Assembly (NCBI GenBank): GCA_030704615.1
Contig: CM060731.1
Location: 66,340,001 to 66,404,000, forward strand
DNA length: 64,000 bases
Direction of reading: 5' to 3'
Source: Takakia lepidozioides
Taxonomy: Eukaryota > Plantae > Bryophyta
Each line of letters opens with the position of its first letter. Position 1 is the first letter of the stretch. Of the stretch, positions 63,930 through 64,000 are shown piece by piece. The notes under the pieces were generated by a model that ran no database searches, was not told where the DNA came from, and saw only the letters and a program-made list of their open reading frames with translations. The position numbers were made by a program, and so were the translations under genes.

Positions 63930-64000
63930 CTGTGACATCAACTGGCTTGTCAGCTCAATAATCATGAAAAACATACAGTAGTTGAAGGAAAAGGAAAATG

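Overview
Eukaryotic nuclear DNA from a land plant; the gene content and PLS-class PPR style suggest a non-seed plant such as a bryophyte, lycophyte or fern (inference). Intron-containing host genes are interleaved with many transposable elements. Host genes: an F-box/kelch protein, two divergently oriented PLS-PPR-E-DYW RNA-editing factors, TAF11, a 15-exon GH27 alpha-galactosidase, an intronless 2-isopropylmalate synthase, a DUF4228/PADRE protein, SMG9 and the 3' end of a PTAR1-like gene. Mobile DNA: a decayed piggyBac with an extra ORF, a piggyBac-type MITE, hAT-type elements, a Mutator-like element with convergent genes, tRNA-derived SINEs and two LINE families, one tightly associated with (GA)n/(CT)n microsatellites. 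Main discovery: the ORF track misses that both PPR-DYW genes have a spliced upstream exon which completes an OSB/PTAC9-type 'PDF' single-stranded-DNA-binding motif (W..FF..P..WWD.R..K|...PDF.......LWI....NP.WV) fused in frame to the PPR-DYW deaminase. The phase-0 intron sits at the same position in both paralogues. All exon coordinates were read by eye from GT/AG boundaries and frame continuity; no database searches were run.
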